Shown here: positions 16,120 to 26,144 of the stretch, piece after piece
Position numbering within the stretch: position 1 is the stretch's first letter
How the letters are laid out: every line of letters begins with the position of its first letter
Source of the DNA: Candidatus Thorarchaeota archaeon
Lineage (GTDB): Archaea; Asgardarchaeota; Thorarchaeia; Thorarchaeales; Thorarchaeaceae
Assembly: GCA_003345595.1 (NCBI GenBank)
Contig: PRDI01000058.1
Span: 15,983-79,982 of the forward strand
DNA: 64,000 bases
Direction of reading: 5' to 3'
Program-made: the position numbers and the translations under genes
The notes under the pieces: generated by a model
The model's input: the letters and a program-made list of their open reading frames with translations, nothing else
Databases searched by the model: none
What the model was told of the DNA's origin: nothing

Positions 16120-19100
16120 TCATTTCGTGAGCTCTTCTTCTCTGAGCTTCTTCTTGAAGAGTTTCATTGCCACAGTCAGAGGCAGCTCATCTCTGAATTC
16201 TACCCATTTTGGCACGGCATATGGCTTCACTCTCTCCTTCAGGTATTCGATGATATCCTGCTCTGAAACTTTACCTCTATATTCAGGTTTCAGCTGGACA
16301 AAAGCCTTCACCCTTTCACTTCCAGGTCTTTCAGAATCAGGAACCCCTATCACACCTGCAACATCGACGGCTTCGTGTGTGTGAAGGATGTCATCAATGA
16401 CCCTACTGTACACCTTGTTACCCGAAACATTGATCATGTCTTTTAGCCGGTCTACTATTCTGAAGTAGCCGTCACTATCCATCTCGACAATATCGCCCAT
16501 AGGCAACCATCCGCCCTCTCTTAGTCCACTTCCAGGAGTTGGGAAGTACCCCTTCATGACCTGCGGTCCACGGATCCAGATTTCTCCTCGCTCGTTAAGC
16601 GGAAGCTCTTTTCCAGTTTCGGGATCGACGATTTTGACCTCTGTATCAGGTATGGGAATGCCGATGCCCCTCTTTGTTTCGGTCATGAAACCAGTGACCT
16701 TCGAGAGCGCTGACACGTTGATTGTTACGATTGCTGATGACTCTGTTGCGCCATAGCCTTCGCCCATGGGCACTCCCGTCTTCTTCTCAAACTCCGCAGC
16801 AAGATCGGCAGGGAGTGCCGCTGCACCTGAGTAATAGAATATCTGTCCCTTCTTCAGGTCCATCTTGCTCAGCATTGTATAGTGAGCTGGGACTGCGAAT
16901 ACAACGAAAGGACGTTGCTTGTTGATTATATCTGCAATCCTCGAGATGTCACGCGGGTCAACCAGGAATATCTTCATACCCCATGACACGCATGCATGCA
17001 CGGCCCAATGGCCGTACGCGTGGAAGATGGGCACACATATCAGACCTGCGCTCTTTCCGATGATTCCCTCCTTCAGAGGGTCCATCATCCATTGAATTGA
17101 CTGTATGACGGCACTTGTCAGATTGTAGTGTGTCAACAAGGTCCCTTTTGGAAGCCCTGTGGTGCCTCCCGTGAAGGGCAGCAGGGCGATATCCTCCTTC
17201 GGGTAGATTTCGACAACACCTTCATGCGGCTCGTGCTGTTCTATCAAATCATTGAGAAGGAAGTAGTTGTCATCATCAATCTGCTCTGTGTCAGGATATT
17301 CATAGTCTGGGAATACCCTTGTAGGGGTGTAGATAACGATTCTCACGCTCGTTTCGGGTTTGACTCGATTGATTCTTTCAAGACGTCTGGATGAGCATAC
17401 CACGATCTCAGCTCTACTCTCTTTGAGTTCATACAGCAAATCGTCGTCCTTGTGCATAATGCTTAGAGGTACATGAATCGCTCCAATCTTCATTGCTGCA
17501 TAGTCAGCTATTATGAATTCAGGACATGATGGAAGTACAGTGGCAATTGCGTCCCCCTTCTTCACACCAAGGGCTACGAAAGCTGATGCAAGCTTGTCAA
17601 CCTTCATTTTCAGCTCATGATATGTCAAATGCTCATCCAAGTACTCACATGCTTCAATATCAGGGAAATTCGTTGCAGAGTCCTCTAGAAACTTGTAGAC
17701 ATTTATCTCAGGATACGGAGCCATCGAATGCTTGAGTTTGAAAGGACCAATTTGGTAGCCACTCAACCACGGCTTGTCACCAAAGATTTCTGCCGATGTT
17801 CTAGATACTGCTGATGCCATCTCCTTTTCAGAAGTAGCCATCTGTTTTGTTTGTGCCCCCGTAGTTCCTCTCCCAAGATCCCCATATTCAGGGATCGAAT
17901 CAGCAACCCATGCAAGATCAAGTTCCTTTAGTTTTTCTCTCGAGGGTCTTCCTTGATGATCCCATCCGCGATACTTGTAGTATGCATCTAGGAGAACATC
18001 CAGTTTCACAACATGCCCCTTCGCTGGCCCTTCGGGCATTGGATCCTCTAGTAGTCGCGGAGGTAGACTGTCATCTCTTCGTCCAAACCCCTCCCTCAAA
18101 ATGTATGCCCTCTCCAGGTTATAGATTCTCTCACCTGTCTTGCGAAAGTCATCTGCAGAGAACTCATAGCCCATCAGTGTGGAAATCAGTTTCGCCCAGT
18201 CTTCGGCAGTGAGCACCATCCCCATGAACTTGCAGCCACCAATGGCGTCAAAGATGCCGAATGCATCCTCGAAGTTCTTGACGACTAATGCTATCTCTGG
18301 GATTTCCATTAGTGGATCGCCCACATCCGCATTCTCAACGATCATGAAAGGCATGGAGAGAAAAGCAGGTCCCTCAATATACGCTGTTATGTGATCTCCG
18401 CCTCGATTCGCAACAGCATAGGCAAGTCCCGTTATCTTGGCCGCTCTGCTGTCATAACCCGGGAGCTCTAGTCCCTTCACATGCATCGCGAATCTCTCAG
18501 ACCCATTACCTAGTTTCTCAGCCATCCTCATGGTCCCTTCAGCAAGGAGATTCCCTATTCCCTCACGTTTTCCAATCTTGTGAACAATGTCAACGATAAG
18601 TTGCGCATTTCCCCAGGAGAAGTCCATGCCACCAATGTCGTCGTCTTTCAGGATGCCGCGTTGTCTGCATTCCATGGCAAAGCCAACGCTATTGCCCGCA
18701 GAGATTGTGTCAATGCCATACTCATTGCACAGGAAGTGCGCGAGGGTGATGGCTTCTAGGCTGTCCACACCGCACATAGTCCCAAATGAGCTAATAGTTT
18801 CGTATTCCGGGCCCTCTCCCTTGCTCTTGAAAGGTCCCTCCTTGATTTCGGCAATCCTCCCGCAATGGATGGGACAAGCAAAGCAGGGCTTTCGTCTTAC
18901 TAGGATGCTATCATTGATTGCCTGCCCGTTGATTTTTTCTGCGTTCTCAAAAACGCCGGTCTGCCAGTTTCTGGTCGGGATGCCTCCCTTGACATTGACC
19001 AGGTCAACCATTGTAGCTGTGCCATAAACCTCTAGGGTCATCTTCAGAAGGCTTTGATTCACCCAGTCGAACCTTTGCTTTGCCTCCTGTCTGTATGCGT

Positions 19101-19755
19101 CTGGGTCTGCAATGGCGATTTCCAGAGTCCCCTTTGATGCTATTGCCTTCAGATTCTTTGAGCCCATGACCGCGCCAACGCCGCACCGTCCCGCTGCGCG
19201 ACCCCAGTTCTCCTCATCGCAGTCGTTCATGATTGCAGCGTACTTTACCAGATTCTCCCCTGCGATACCTATGCAAGCGACATTGAATTTGGGTCCGTGC
19301 CTCTCTCTGAGGATTCTAGTGGTTTCGGAGGTGTTCTTTCCCCATATCTTCCCTGCATCGAACAGCTCCGCCTTTCCATCTTCAGTGAGGAGGTAGACCG
19401 GACTTGGCGCTCTTCCTTCGAATATTGCACCATCAAAGCCGGAGCGTTTGAAATCTCTCCCCCAGAATCCTGCGGAATTTGCCTGGCCCCATCCATTCGT
19501 GAGGGGTGACTTTGTTACCACACTGTATCGTCCTGTGCTGGGCGAACTGGTGCCTGTAAGAGGGCCGGTCATGAAGATGAGCTTGTTCTCAGGACCAAGG
19601 GGGTCAATGCCTTTTTCAGTTTCCTCAAGTAGGATCTTGGTAGCTAGTCCGGCACCACCGAGGTATTTTCGTAAGGTTTCTTCATCAGGGAATTCCTCCG
19701 TTATTGTAGATGTAGTCAGATTGATGCGCAGGATCTTTCCCATGTAGCCATACAT
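16120..19755 (-). CDS. Fusion protein: tungsten aldehyde:ferredoxin oxidoreductase (N-terminal) + long-chain acyl-CoA ligase/AMP-binding enzyme (C-terminal)
   Basis: AOR motifs: AAGRCGVGAVMGSKNLKAI, CFACPIHCG, EYET, DTIS, RGGDH, DAIGGCKF. Adenylate-forming motifs: FTGGTTGLPKG, EGYGATE, RGPQVMKGY, GDI..D.DGYF.IVDRLKDMI, PLTVAMK. Single uninterrupted 1211-aa frame. Confidence 0.92.
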   Translation of the reverse strand: MYGYMGKILRINLTTSTITEEFPDEETLRKYLGGAGLATKILLEETEKGIDPLGPENKLIFMTGPLTGTSSPSTGRYSVVTKSPLTNGWGQANSAGFWGRDFKRSGFDGAIFEGRAPSPVYLLTEDGKAELFDAGKIWGKNTSETTRILRERHGPKFNVACIGIAGENLVKYAAIMNDCDEENWGRAAGRCGVGAVMGSKNLKAIASKGTLEIAIADPDAYRQEAKQRFDWVNQSLLKMTLEVYGTATMVDLVNVKGGIPTRNWQTGVFENAEKINGQAINDSILVRRKPCFACPIHCGRIAEIKEGPFKSKGEGPEYETISSFGTMCGVDSLEAITLAHFLCNEYGIDTISAGNSVGFAMECRQRGILKDDDIGGMDFSWGNAQLIVDIVHKIGKREGIGNLLAEGTMRMAEKLGNGSERFAMHVKGLELPGYDSRAAKITGLAYAVANRGGDHITAYIEGPAFLSMPFMIVENADVGDPLMEIPEIALVVKNFEDAFGIFDAIGGCKFMGMVLTAEDWAKLISTLMGYEFSADDFRKTGERIYNLERAYILREGFGRRDDSLPPRLLEDPMPEGPAKGHVVKLDVLLDAYYKYRGWDHQGRPSREKLKELDLAWVADSIPEYGDLGRGTTGAQTKQMATSEKEMASAVSRTSAEIFGDKPWLSGYQIGPFKLKHSMAPYPEINVYKFLEDSATNFPDIEACEYLDEHLTYHELKMKVDKLASAFVALGVKKGDAIATVLPSCPEFIIADYAAMKIGAIHVPLSIMHKDDDLLYELKESRAEIVVCSSRRLERINRVKPETSVRIVIYTPTRVFPDYEYPDTEQIDDDNYFLLNDLIEQHEPHEGVVEIYPKEDIALLPFTGGTTGLPKGTLLTHYNLTSAVIQSIQWMMDPLKEGIIGKSAGLICVPIFHAYGHWAVHACVSWGMKIFLVDPRDISRIADIINKQRPFVVFAVPAHYTMLSKMDLKKGQIFYYSGAAALPADLAAEFEKKTGVPMGEGYGATESSAIVTINVSALSKVTGFMTETKRGIGIPIPDTEVKIVDPETGKELPLNERGEIWIRGPQVMKGYFPTPGSGLREGGWLPMGDIVEMDSDGYFRIVDRLKDMINVSGNKVYSRVIDDILHTHEAVDVAGVIGVPDSERPGSERVKAFVQLKPEYRGKVSEQDIIEYLKERVKPYAVPKWVEFRDELPLTVAMKLFKKKLREEELTK

Positions 19756-19840
19756 GATGAAGTGGACCTCTTGCTATCTACGAAACGGGGTCATGCGCTT
19801 TTAAAAGCCTGATGTTCATCAAGGCGGGTGAGGCGCCCGG

Positions 19841-20125
19841 ATGAAGGTGAAAGTGAAATTCTTCGCGCATCTCAGTGAGCTCACAGGTAAGAAACCAGTA
19901 TTCGAGGTCGATGTTGAGGAGGGCGCCACCGTTTCCATGCTCTTGGACAGTCTACTCGTCGACCGGAGGATCAGGGATGCCCTGCTGGACGAGAACCAAG
20001 AGATCAGGTCCAATATAACTGTCCTCAAGAATGGCAGAGAGATAAAACTCCTGGCGGGAATGGAAACCAAGCTGAGTCATGGTGACGAGCTAGCTGTGTT
20101 TCCCATGCTTGTCGGAGGTCGATAA
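19841..20125 (+). CDS. moaD: MoaD/ThiS/SAMP family ubiquitin-like sulfur carrier
   Basis: MKVKVKFFAHLSELTG...ITVLKNGREI...GDELAVFPMLVGGR*. Divergent from the AOR fusion gene. Confidence 0.85.
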   Translation: MKVKVKFFAHLSELTGKKPVFEVDVEEGATVSMLLDSLLVDRRIRDALLDENQEIRSNITVLKNGREIKLLAGMETKLSHGDELAVFPMLVGGR

Positions 20126-20240
20126 GTGGTGCATCGAATACCCTAGACCCCTTCAAGCTCAATTTATCAGTAGGACATTCCTGTTACAAGAGCATTCAAT
20201 CGAATTACGATGACCAGTGCTATTCGAAGGATTGATCACT

Positions 20241-20690
20241 ATGCCGAGATTCATGTCAGCTGAATGGCTGAATCTATACAAGAATGCGCTCAACAGCAAC
20301 GATGCCTATGCAAGGGCTGCTTCGTGGTGGACTGGCGACTTCATTTTCGTTGTCAGGGCAAGCGGCAAGTTGGACCATGATATTTTTGCTTTCATCGGGT
20401 TGACTCACGGTAAGTGCACCGGTGTGAAGCCAATAAAGGGAGAAGACGAATACCAAGTTGTGAAACCTGGTGAGGGTGCGAGCAGTAAGGACAAGGTTGC
20501 CGTAGAGTATGTCTATGAGGCCAAGTATGATGCTTGGCTGAGAATCCTGAGAGGCGAGTTGGATCCTGTCCGCGGGCTTCTCAGCGGCCAAGCAAGAATC
20601 GTTGGAGATATGGCCAAGATTCTCAAGGCTACGGACGCTGCGAAGGAGCTAGTACGAACATCCACCCTGATCGACACGGAATTCTACTAA
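20241..20690 (+). CDS. SCP2 sterol/lipid-binding domain protein
   Basis: FMSAEW..Y...LN; WLRILRGELDPVRGLLSGQARIVGDMAKIL is a typical SCP2 C-terminal signature. Start moved to ATG 20241. Confidence 0.8.
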   Translation: MPRFMSAEWLNLYKNALNSNDAYARAASWWTGDFIFVVRASGKLDHDIFAFIGLTHGKCTGVKPIKGEDEYQVVKPGEGASSKDKVAVEYVYEAKYDAWLRILRGELDPVRGLLSGQARIVGDMAKILKATDAAKELVRTSTLIDTEFY

Positions 20691-20710
20691 AGACAACAAG
20701 GTGAAGTGTA

Positions 20711-21121
20711 ATGGATGAAGCAGCGCGGGAAATCCTCTTCCATACATTCAAGGCCGTAATAGAAGATGTCATTGCTGACAAGCGGAAGAATCCCAAGAAC
20801 ACCACGACTCTTGACGAATATCGAGCCAGGATAAACATAGGTCTGCATGTGGAAGAGGAATTCATATTGTGGGTGAATCTTGTTGCTGAAGGCGGCAAGT
20901 ATGTCGTCAACAAAGGAAAGCTTGATGACTACGATCTACAACTCATATCAGACCCCGAGGATATGATGTACTTCACTAACAGGAAATACTCAACGCTGAA
21001 GATGATGTTCACAAAGAACAGATTCGGAGAGAGAAGGCTGCTTTTCAGTGGAGGAACGTCTGGCAGAAACTACGGGAAACTGTTGAAGCTCCCCAAGGTG
21101 CTAGTCTTGGATGGCAAATAG
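20711..21121 (+). CDS. Divergent SCP2-like protein
   Basis: Helix, then beta sheet (WVNLVAEGGKYVVNKG..DYDLQLISDPEDM), then a helical tail matching SCP2 topology. Co-oriented with the SCP2 gene. Confidence 0.45.
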   Translation: MDEAAREILFHTFKAVIEDVIADKRKNPKNTTTLDEYRARINIGLHVEEEFILWVNLVAEGGKYVVNKGKLDDYDLQLISDPEDMMYFTNRKYSTLKMMFTKNRFGERRLLFSGGTSGRNYGKLLKLPKVLVLDGK

Positions 21122-21323
21122 GTGAAAAAGCCCTGTATAGAACCATAAACCCTCATAATGAGTAGTTGATTCGGCTGCAGGAGTTCTTGGAACCAACTCT
21201 GACTATCGCTGTGAGAACGACGTTTAGTTGGACGTGATGGGCCGACAAAACACAATACTAGGTGTCGAATACGAGAGTTGCATGCAAGAGTACTGGAGAT
21301 TCTCATGCTAACACACGGCATTC

Positions 21324-21570
21324 ATGGGAAGGTGGGGGACCTGTGGGCACATGCACAATGCTCACGTCAGGAACTGTTTACCTGCCGACGTGTCTGTCAG
21401 ACTCCTGAAGAAGATGGGAGCGGACATCACGTTCGTCTGCGGATCAGACACTCATGTTACTCTTCTCCTGACTGTAACAGAGGCCGCTGGTGTTAGTCAC
21501 AGAGAACTCTATGTAGAGTACCACGAGCACTACCTGGAGATCGTAGCCAGTTTCCCAATCTTAATAGCAG
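21324..21570 (+). pseudogene. Degenerate N-terminal fragment of methionyl-tRNA synthetase
   Basis: GHMHNAHVRNCLPADVSVRLLKKMGADITFVCGSDTHVT...GVSHRELYVEYHE follows the archaeal MetRS pattern G.xHxGH...YLPAD..xR.L...G.DV.F.CG.DEHGT...G.SP.E....YHE. Similarity ends after about 80 codons. Confidence 0.7.
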
Positions 21571-21579
21571 TGTTGCATC

Positions 21580-22443
21580 ATGTCCGGTCATGTGGTGCAG
21601 ATGAGGTACGAAGAGAGCAGCTACACAGGATACGATGGCATGCAGATGTTCATGTCGGTATGGACTCCCGACGACGAACGGCCCCGTGCTCTCATGGTAG
21701 CTATTCACGGGCTTGGAAGTCATGGGTCTGCTCTGACTAACGTCGGCGTCTATCTCAGTGAGCGGGGCATTGCAGTGTTCGCCCCTGACATGAGGGGCTT
21801 TGGTCACTATTCGGGACTGAAGGGGCACGTGATGAACTTCGATGAATACATCGAGGACATCGATAGCGTGGTGACTCAGGTCAAGATGATGCACCCGTCC
21901 AAGCTGACCTTCCTGTTTGGCCACTCGCTGGGGGGTCTTGAAGCGATAAGATATGTCACTACGTATCCCGGCGATGTCGATGGTCTGATTCTATCCTGCC
22001 CTGCGGTTTCTGAACATGTCGAGATCGGGAAGGCAACCAGAGTGGCGGGCTCATTCCTTTCACTACTAAACATTAAGCGATACTTCGGCTGGCCTACCCA
22101 GTTCCAGTACGCCTCACATGACCCAGACGTCGTTCAGGAGCATGAGAACGACGTGCTTAGGTTTGACAAGGTGACACCCCGACTTGGAATGTCTGCACTG
22201 AAAGCTACCCGCAAAGCGTTCGAGTCTGCATCCGGAATAGTGCTCCCAGTCCTTGTGCAGCAGGCGGGTGACGATGTCTTCGTTATACCTGAGAAGACCA
22301 AGTTGTTCTTCGACAGCATTGGTGGATGTGACAAGAGCTGGAAATTGTATGAGGGTCTCTATCACGAACTTCACAATGAAAATGCGAGGGAGCAGGTACT
22401 TGGCGACATGTACGCATGGCTTGAGAAGCGCCTGACGGGATAG
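21580..22443 (+). CDS. Alpha/beta hydrolase (monoacylglycerol lipase / lysophospholipase family)
   Basis: IHGLGSH, DMRGFG, nucleophile elbow GHSLGG, acid GDD, catalytic His YHELHNE. Confidence 0.92.
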   Translation: MSGHVVQMRYEESSYTGYDGMQMFMSVWTPDDERPRALMVAIHGLGSHGSALTNVGVYLSERGIAVFAPDMRGFGHYSGLKGHVMNFDEYIEDIDSVVTQVKMMHPSKLTFLFGHSLGGLEAIRYVTTYPGDVDGLILSCPAVSEHVEIGKATRVAGSFLSLLNIKRYFGWPTQFQYASHDPDVVQEHENDVLRFDKVTPRLGMSALKATRKAFESASGIVLPVLVQQAGDDVFVIPEKTKLFFDSIGGCDKSWKLYEGLYHELHNENAREQVLGDMYAWLEKRLTG

Positions 22444-22500
22444 TGAGAAATGGGATCCGAAGGTTTTGACAATCTAGTTCGGTCCAAAGAAAGGACGGCT

Positions 22501-25254
22501 CTAGCCTCTGCCGACCATGACCGGACGACTGTCATTCATGAATCCTTGTCTTCTCATGACGAGCTTTATGGCTTCTATTGAAAGGAAGGTAAACGCGCAG
22601 ACACCAAAGACTACTTCCACGCCAAGCAACCCGATTGGCACTAGTCCGAATGCGTTGGCTACAGCTGGGATGCTGAACAGCCCTATGGTGAGGGCTGCAT
22701 TCCCAAATACGGCCAGCCATAGCAGACGGTGCGGCCTCACTTCGAATACTGATCGCCTCAAGGAACGACATGTGATTGCCATCACAAGTTCAATGAATAC
22801 GAACAAGTAGAAGAGCACACTTCTCGCTTCAAGCAACTGAGGGCTGTTCTCCGGCGTGCCCAAGGGCACCATACTGGCGAAGATAAACAGGAAGAGAGGG
22901 CTTTGGACCAGAACGGAGATCAGATAGAACAGCTTCATATCCTTTGTGAATATGCTCTCCTTGGGACTTCTTGGAGGTCTTTCCATTATGTCGGGGTCTG
23001 CCGGGCTCAACCCAAGAGCGATTGCAGGGAATCCATCGGTGACGAGGTTTATGTAGAGAAGCTGAGCCGGCTCCAGCGGAAGCGGGTACCCCGCTAATAT
23101 GGCAACTGAGAGCACTATAATCTCAATCAGATTTGTCTGCAGTAGATATGCAAGGTACTTCTTGATGTTGTCGTAGATCCACCTTCCTAACTCAATGGCC
23201 TTTTCGATTGTTGCGAAGTTGTCATCTGCAAGTACGAGGTCGGCAGCCTCTTTCGTGACATCGGTCCCTGTGATTCCCATGGCAATACCGATGTCTGCCT
23301 GTTTTAGAGCTGGAGCGTCATTGACGCCATCGCCGGTCATCGCCACGACCTTTCCACGCTTCTTCCATGCTTTTACGATCTTCAGTTTGCGTATCGGCGA
23401 AACCCGCGCATAAACGGAAACATCCTCGACGATCTGTTCAAAGTCTTGATCGTCGATGCGCTCCATATCAGAATCCGTTAGGAACTTGTCACCCTCATTA
23501 TAGATGCCAACTTCGCGTGCTATGGCCACAGCAGTCAAAGCATGATCGCCAGTTATCATGATGGGCCTGATTCCCACAGATTTGCATACACTAATCGCCT
23601 TGACAGCTTCGGCGCGGGGCGGATCTATCATGCCAGCCAAACCCAGAAAGACTAGGTCCTTCTCAAGTGTTTCTTCACTCGAGTCATCGATCTGCGGCCC
23701 CTCTCGGTATGCCACAGCCAAGACTCTCAAGGCGCGCCTTGCCATCATCTCATTGGCTTGCAAGATTCTGCCTCTGGAATCGCTTCCCATGTCTTGAATT
23801 CCGCCAGATGCAAATTCCTTGGTGCAACGGTCAAGCACAACCTCCGGTGCTCCCTTGACGAAGACAAGCTTGCCGCCCTTCTCGCTATAATGCATTGTTG
23901 TCATGCGTTTTCTCTCGGAGCTGAAGGGAACCTCCCCTATCCTGGGGAAGGCACTTCTGATTTCGTGCACTTTGTGCCCAGACTTCTCGGCGAGAACAAT
24001 CAATGCTCCCTCTGTCGGGTCTCCCCTGATTCTCCATTTTCCATTCTCAATGACGAGGTCTGCATCATTGCACAGAACGCATCCCATGACAAACAACCTG
24101 AAACTATCACTGTTCAGGACACCGTCCGGGGCCAGAAGTCTGCCTGTGGGCTCATACCCTTCGCCCTCGACCGCCACCGTCGAGTCTGCAGCGTAAACCT
24201 CTCTAACAGTCATTTCTCCTTTCGTGATTGTCCCTGTCTTGTCAGAGCAGATGACAGTGGTGCACCCTAGGGTTTCCACAGCTGACATTCTGCGTACGAG
24301 CGCATTGGCATGCGCCATTCTATGCATACCTATTGCGAGACTTCCCGTCACGACTGCCGGCAGTGCTTCAGGAACGGCTGCCACTGCAAGAGCTATTCCG
24401 AAGAGTATCATTTCGAGGGCAAAGGCCGGACGGAACAGGCCGTACACTATGAAGTCCCTAAGTAGTCCCACGGCTATTACTGCAACGCATACACCCAGCG
24501 AGAGTGCACCAAGCCACTTGCCAATCTCCTTAGTCCGTTTCTCAAGAGGTGTTTCCTCTTTGTCCACGGTTGTTACTTGGCGCGCGATCTTGCCAAATTC
24601 AGTATTCATCCCAGTGGCAGTTACTACAGCAAGTCCCTTCCCATATGTCACTTCCGTGCCTGAAAGAACCAGATTCTTCCTGTCAGGGAGGGGGGTGTCA
24701 GGCTCAATCGTCTCTTCAGTCTTGGATACGGGCAACGACTCGCCAGTGATTGCTGCCTCGTTCACCTTGATGTTACAGACCTCAATGAGGCGCCCGTCCG
24801 CAGGAATCTTGTCCCCCTCTTTGAGCATGAGGATGTCACCAGGCACAACCTCCTTGGTAGGCACCTCGAGTGCTTGATTGTCACGTAGGACTGTTGTGCA
24901 AGGTGTAAGCATCTTCTGCAGTGCCAAGAGAGCCCTCTCCGCCCTGTATTCTTGCGTGAAGCCCAAGATTGCAGAGATGATAACGATCACCAGAATCAGT
25001 AAAGCATCTACGATCTCGCCGACAAGAAACGAGATCCCAACCGCAATGAGAAGTATGACAACGAGAGTTTCGGTGAACTGTCTGAGAAGTATCCTTAAGG
25101 GGCTCTCAGTTTCGGCTCTCATTAGCTCGTTTGGTCCATACTCTTGCAGTCTTTCAATAGCATCAGCGCGACCAAGACCTGCCCGGCTCGTACTCAGCTT
25201 CATCAAGACGGTCTGTGAATCTTGAGAGTGCCAAGCCTCTTCCGTTGATGTCAT
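22501..25254 (-). CDS. Cation-transporting P-type ATPase (type IIA, Ca2+-ATPase-like)
   Basis: TGES, PEAL, DKTGT, KGAPE, TGDGVND, NLVTD. Confidence 0.95.
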   Translation of the reverse strand: MTSTEEAWHSQDSQTVLMKLSTSRAGLGRADAIERLQEYGPNELMRAETESPLRILLRQFTETLVVILLIAVGISFLVGEIVDALLILVIVIISAILGFTQEYRAERALLALQKMLTPCTTVLRDNQALEVPTKEVVPGDILMLKEGDKIPADGRLIEVCNIKVNEAAITGESLPVSKTEETIEPDTPLPDRKNLVLSGTEVTYGKGLAVVTATGMNTEFGKIARQVTTVDKEETPLEKRTKEIGKWLGALSLGVCVAVIAVGLLRDFIVYGLFRPAFALEMILFGIALAVAAVPEALPAVVTGSLAIGMHRMAHANALVRRMSAVETLGCTTVICSDKTGTITKGEMTVREVYAADSTVAVEGEGYEPTGRLLAPDGVLNSDSFRLFVMGCVLCNDADLVIENGKWRIRGDPTEGALIVLAEKSGHKVHEIRSAFPRIGEVPFSSERKRMTTMHYSEKGGKLVFVKGAPEVVLDRCTKEFASGGIQDMGSDSRGRILQANEMMARRALRVLAVAYREGPQIDDSSEETLEKDLVFLGLAGMIDPPRAEAVKAISVCKSVGIRPIMITGDHALTAVAIAREVGIYNEGDKFLTDSDMERIDDQDFEQIVEDVSVYARVSPIRKLKIVKAWKKRGKVVAMTGDGVNDAPALKQADIGIAMGITGTDVTKEAADLVLADDNFATIEKAIELGRWIYDNIKKYLAYLLQTNLIEIIVLSVAILAGYPLPLEPAQLLYINLVTDGFPAIALGLSPADPDIMERPPRSPKESIFTKDMKLFYLISVLVQSPLFLFIFASMVPLGTPENSPQLLEARSVLFYLFVFIELVMAITCRSLRRSVFEVRPHRLLWLAVFGNAALTIGLFSIPAVANAFGLVPIGLLGVEVVFGVCAFTFLSIEAIKLVMRRQGFMNDSRPVMVGRG

Positions 25255-25532
25255 TGCCTCTCACCGGGCCGGCAGCGCGACGTCGGTCACCATGTGGCTT
25301 GCCTTGACATTCGAGCGACCCGACCCTAATGGATCCGGGTGATGTCAAGACGTAGACTTATGGCCGAATGTTGCCAGACGCAGCCTACGGGTTGTCGTGC
25401 TGGCACCTGAGCCGACAAACAGACGAGATAACTGTTTCGTCAGCGGTACTTCTGGGAGATAGTATCCTATGTCGAAAGCATTAAGACCACACTGCGGTTA
25501 GTGCTCTGCAGAACACCCGGAAGCACAACACC

Positions 25533-26144
25533 ATGTCTGAGAAGCCCAAGTACAGCTTCAAGTGTCTGGAGAATGAATGTCCACAGCGAGCCTGCTGTAC
25601 ACGCGAACCGGTGACTGTGACTCTAGGCGACATTGTTCGATGGAATGAGCAAGATTACCTGTCTCACATTGTTCCCGGAGTGGTCATTCAGATGCCTGAA
25701 TCAGATACGGATGCTTTGATACTTGTGACGGCGCGACGCCAACTGAAGAAAGACGCGAGCAAGACTGCGTGCGTCTTCTATCACGAGGAGTCAAATGCCT
25801 GTTCAATCAGATATGCTCGCCCAATCTCTTGCAGGACATTTCCTCTTCAGTTCGCAGGTGAAAATTTCGTTCTCAGCAACAAAGAGTGTTCTGGCATCGG
25901 GAAGGGCGAAGTCGCACGCGACGCCCTGAAAGAAGCCAGAAACACTGCGGAACTCGAGTTCAAAGAGCGACTGGAAACGGAGAAGACATTGCCCGGCCTC
26001 TACACCGTATTCATGAGCCTCATGTTGCGTCAATCAGCCGAAGCCATGAAGGATCTCTCTGATGAAGATAGGAAACGCATTGACGAGATAATGTCTCGCA
26101 GGTCTTCGAGCGAAGAGGGTCAAGGCGCTGAGAGCGGCGACTAG
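25533..26144 (+). CDS. YkgJ family cysteine-cluster protein
   Basis: C...C...CC, CVFY, CSIRYARPISCRTFP, CSGIGKG. Confidence 0.85.
   Translation: MSEKPKYSFKCLENECPQRACCTREPVTVTLGDIVRWNEQDYLSHIVPGVVIQMPESDTDALILVTARRQLKKDASKTACVFYHEESNACSIRYARPISCRTFPLQFAGENFVLSNKECSGIGKGEVARDALKEARNTAELEFKERLETEKTLPGLYTVFMSLMLRQSAEAMKDLSDEDRKRIDEIMSRRSSSEEGQGAESGD

Noticed and set aside
25260-25500. yybP-ykoY (Mn2+) riboswitch upstream of the P-type ATPase; hairpin CTTGACAT/ATGTCAAG present
   Set aside because: The conserved riboswitch core sequences were not recognisable on the minus strand; a single hairpin is insufficient.
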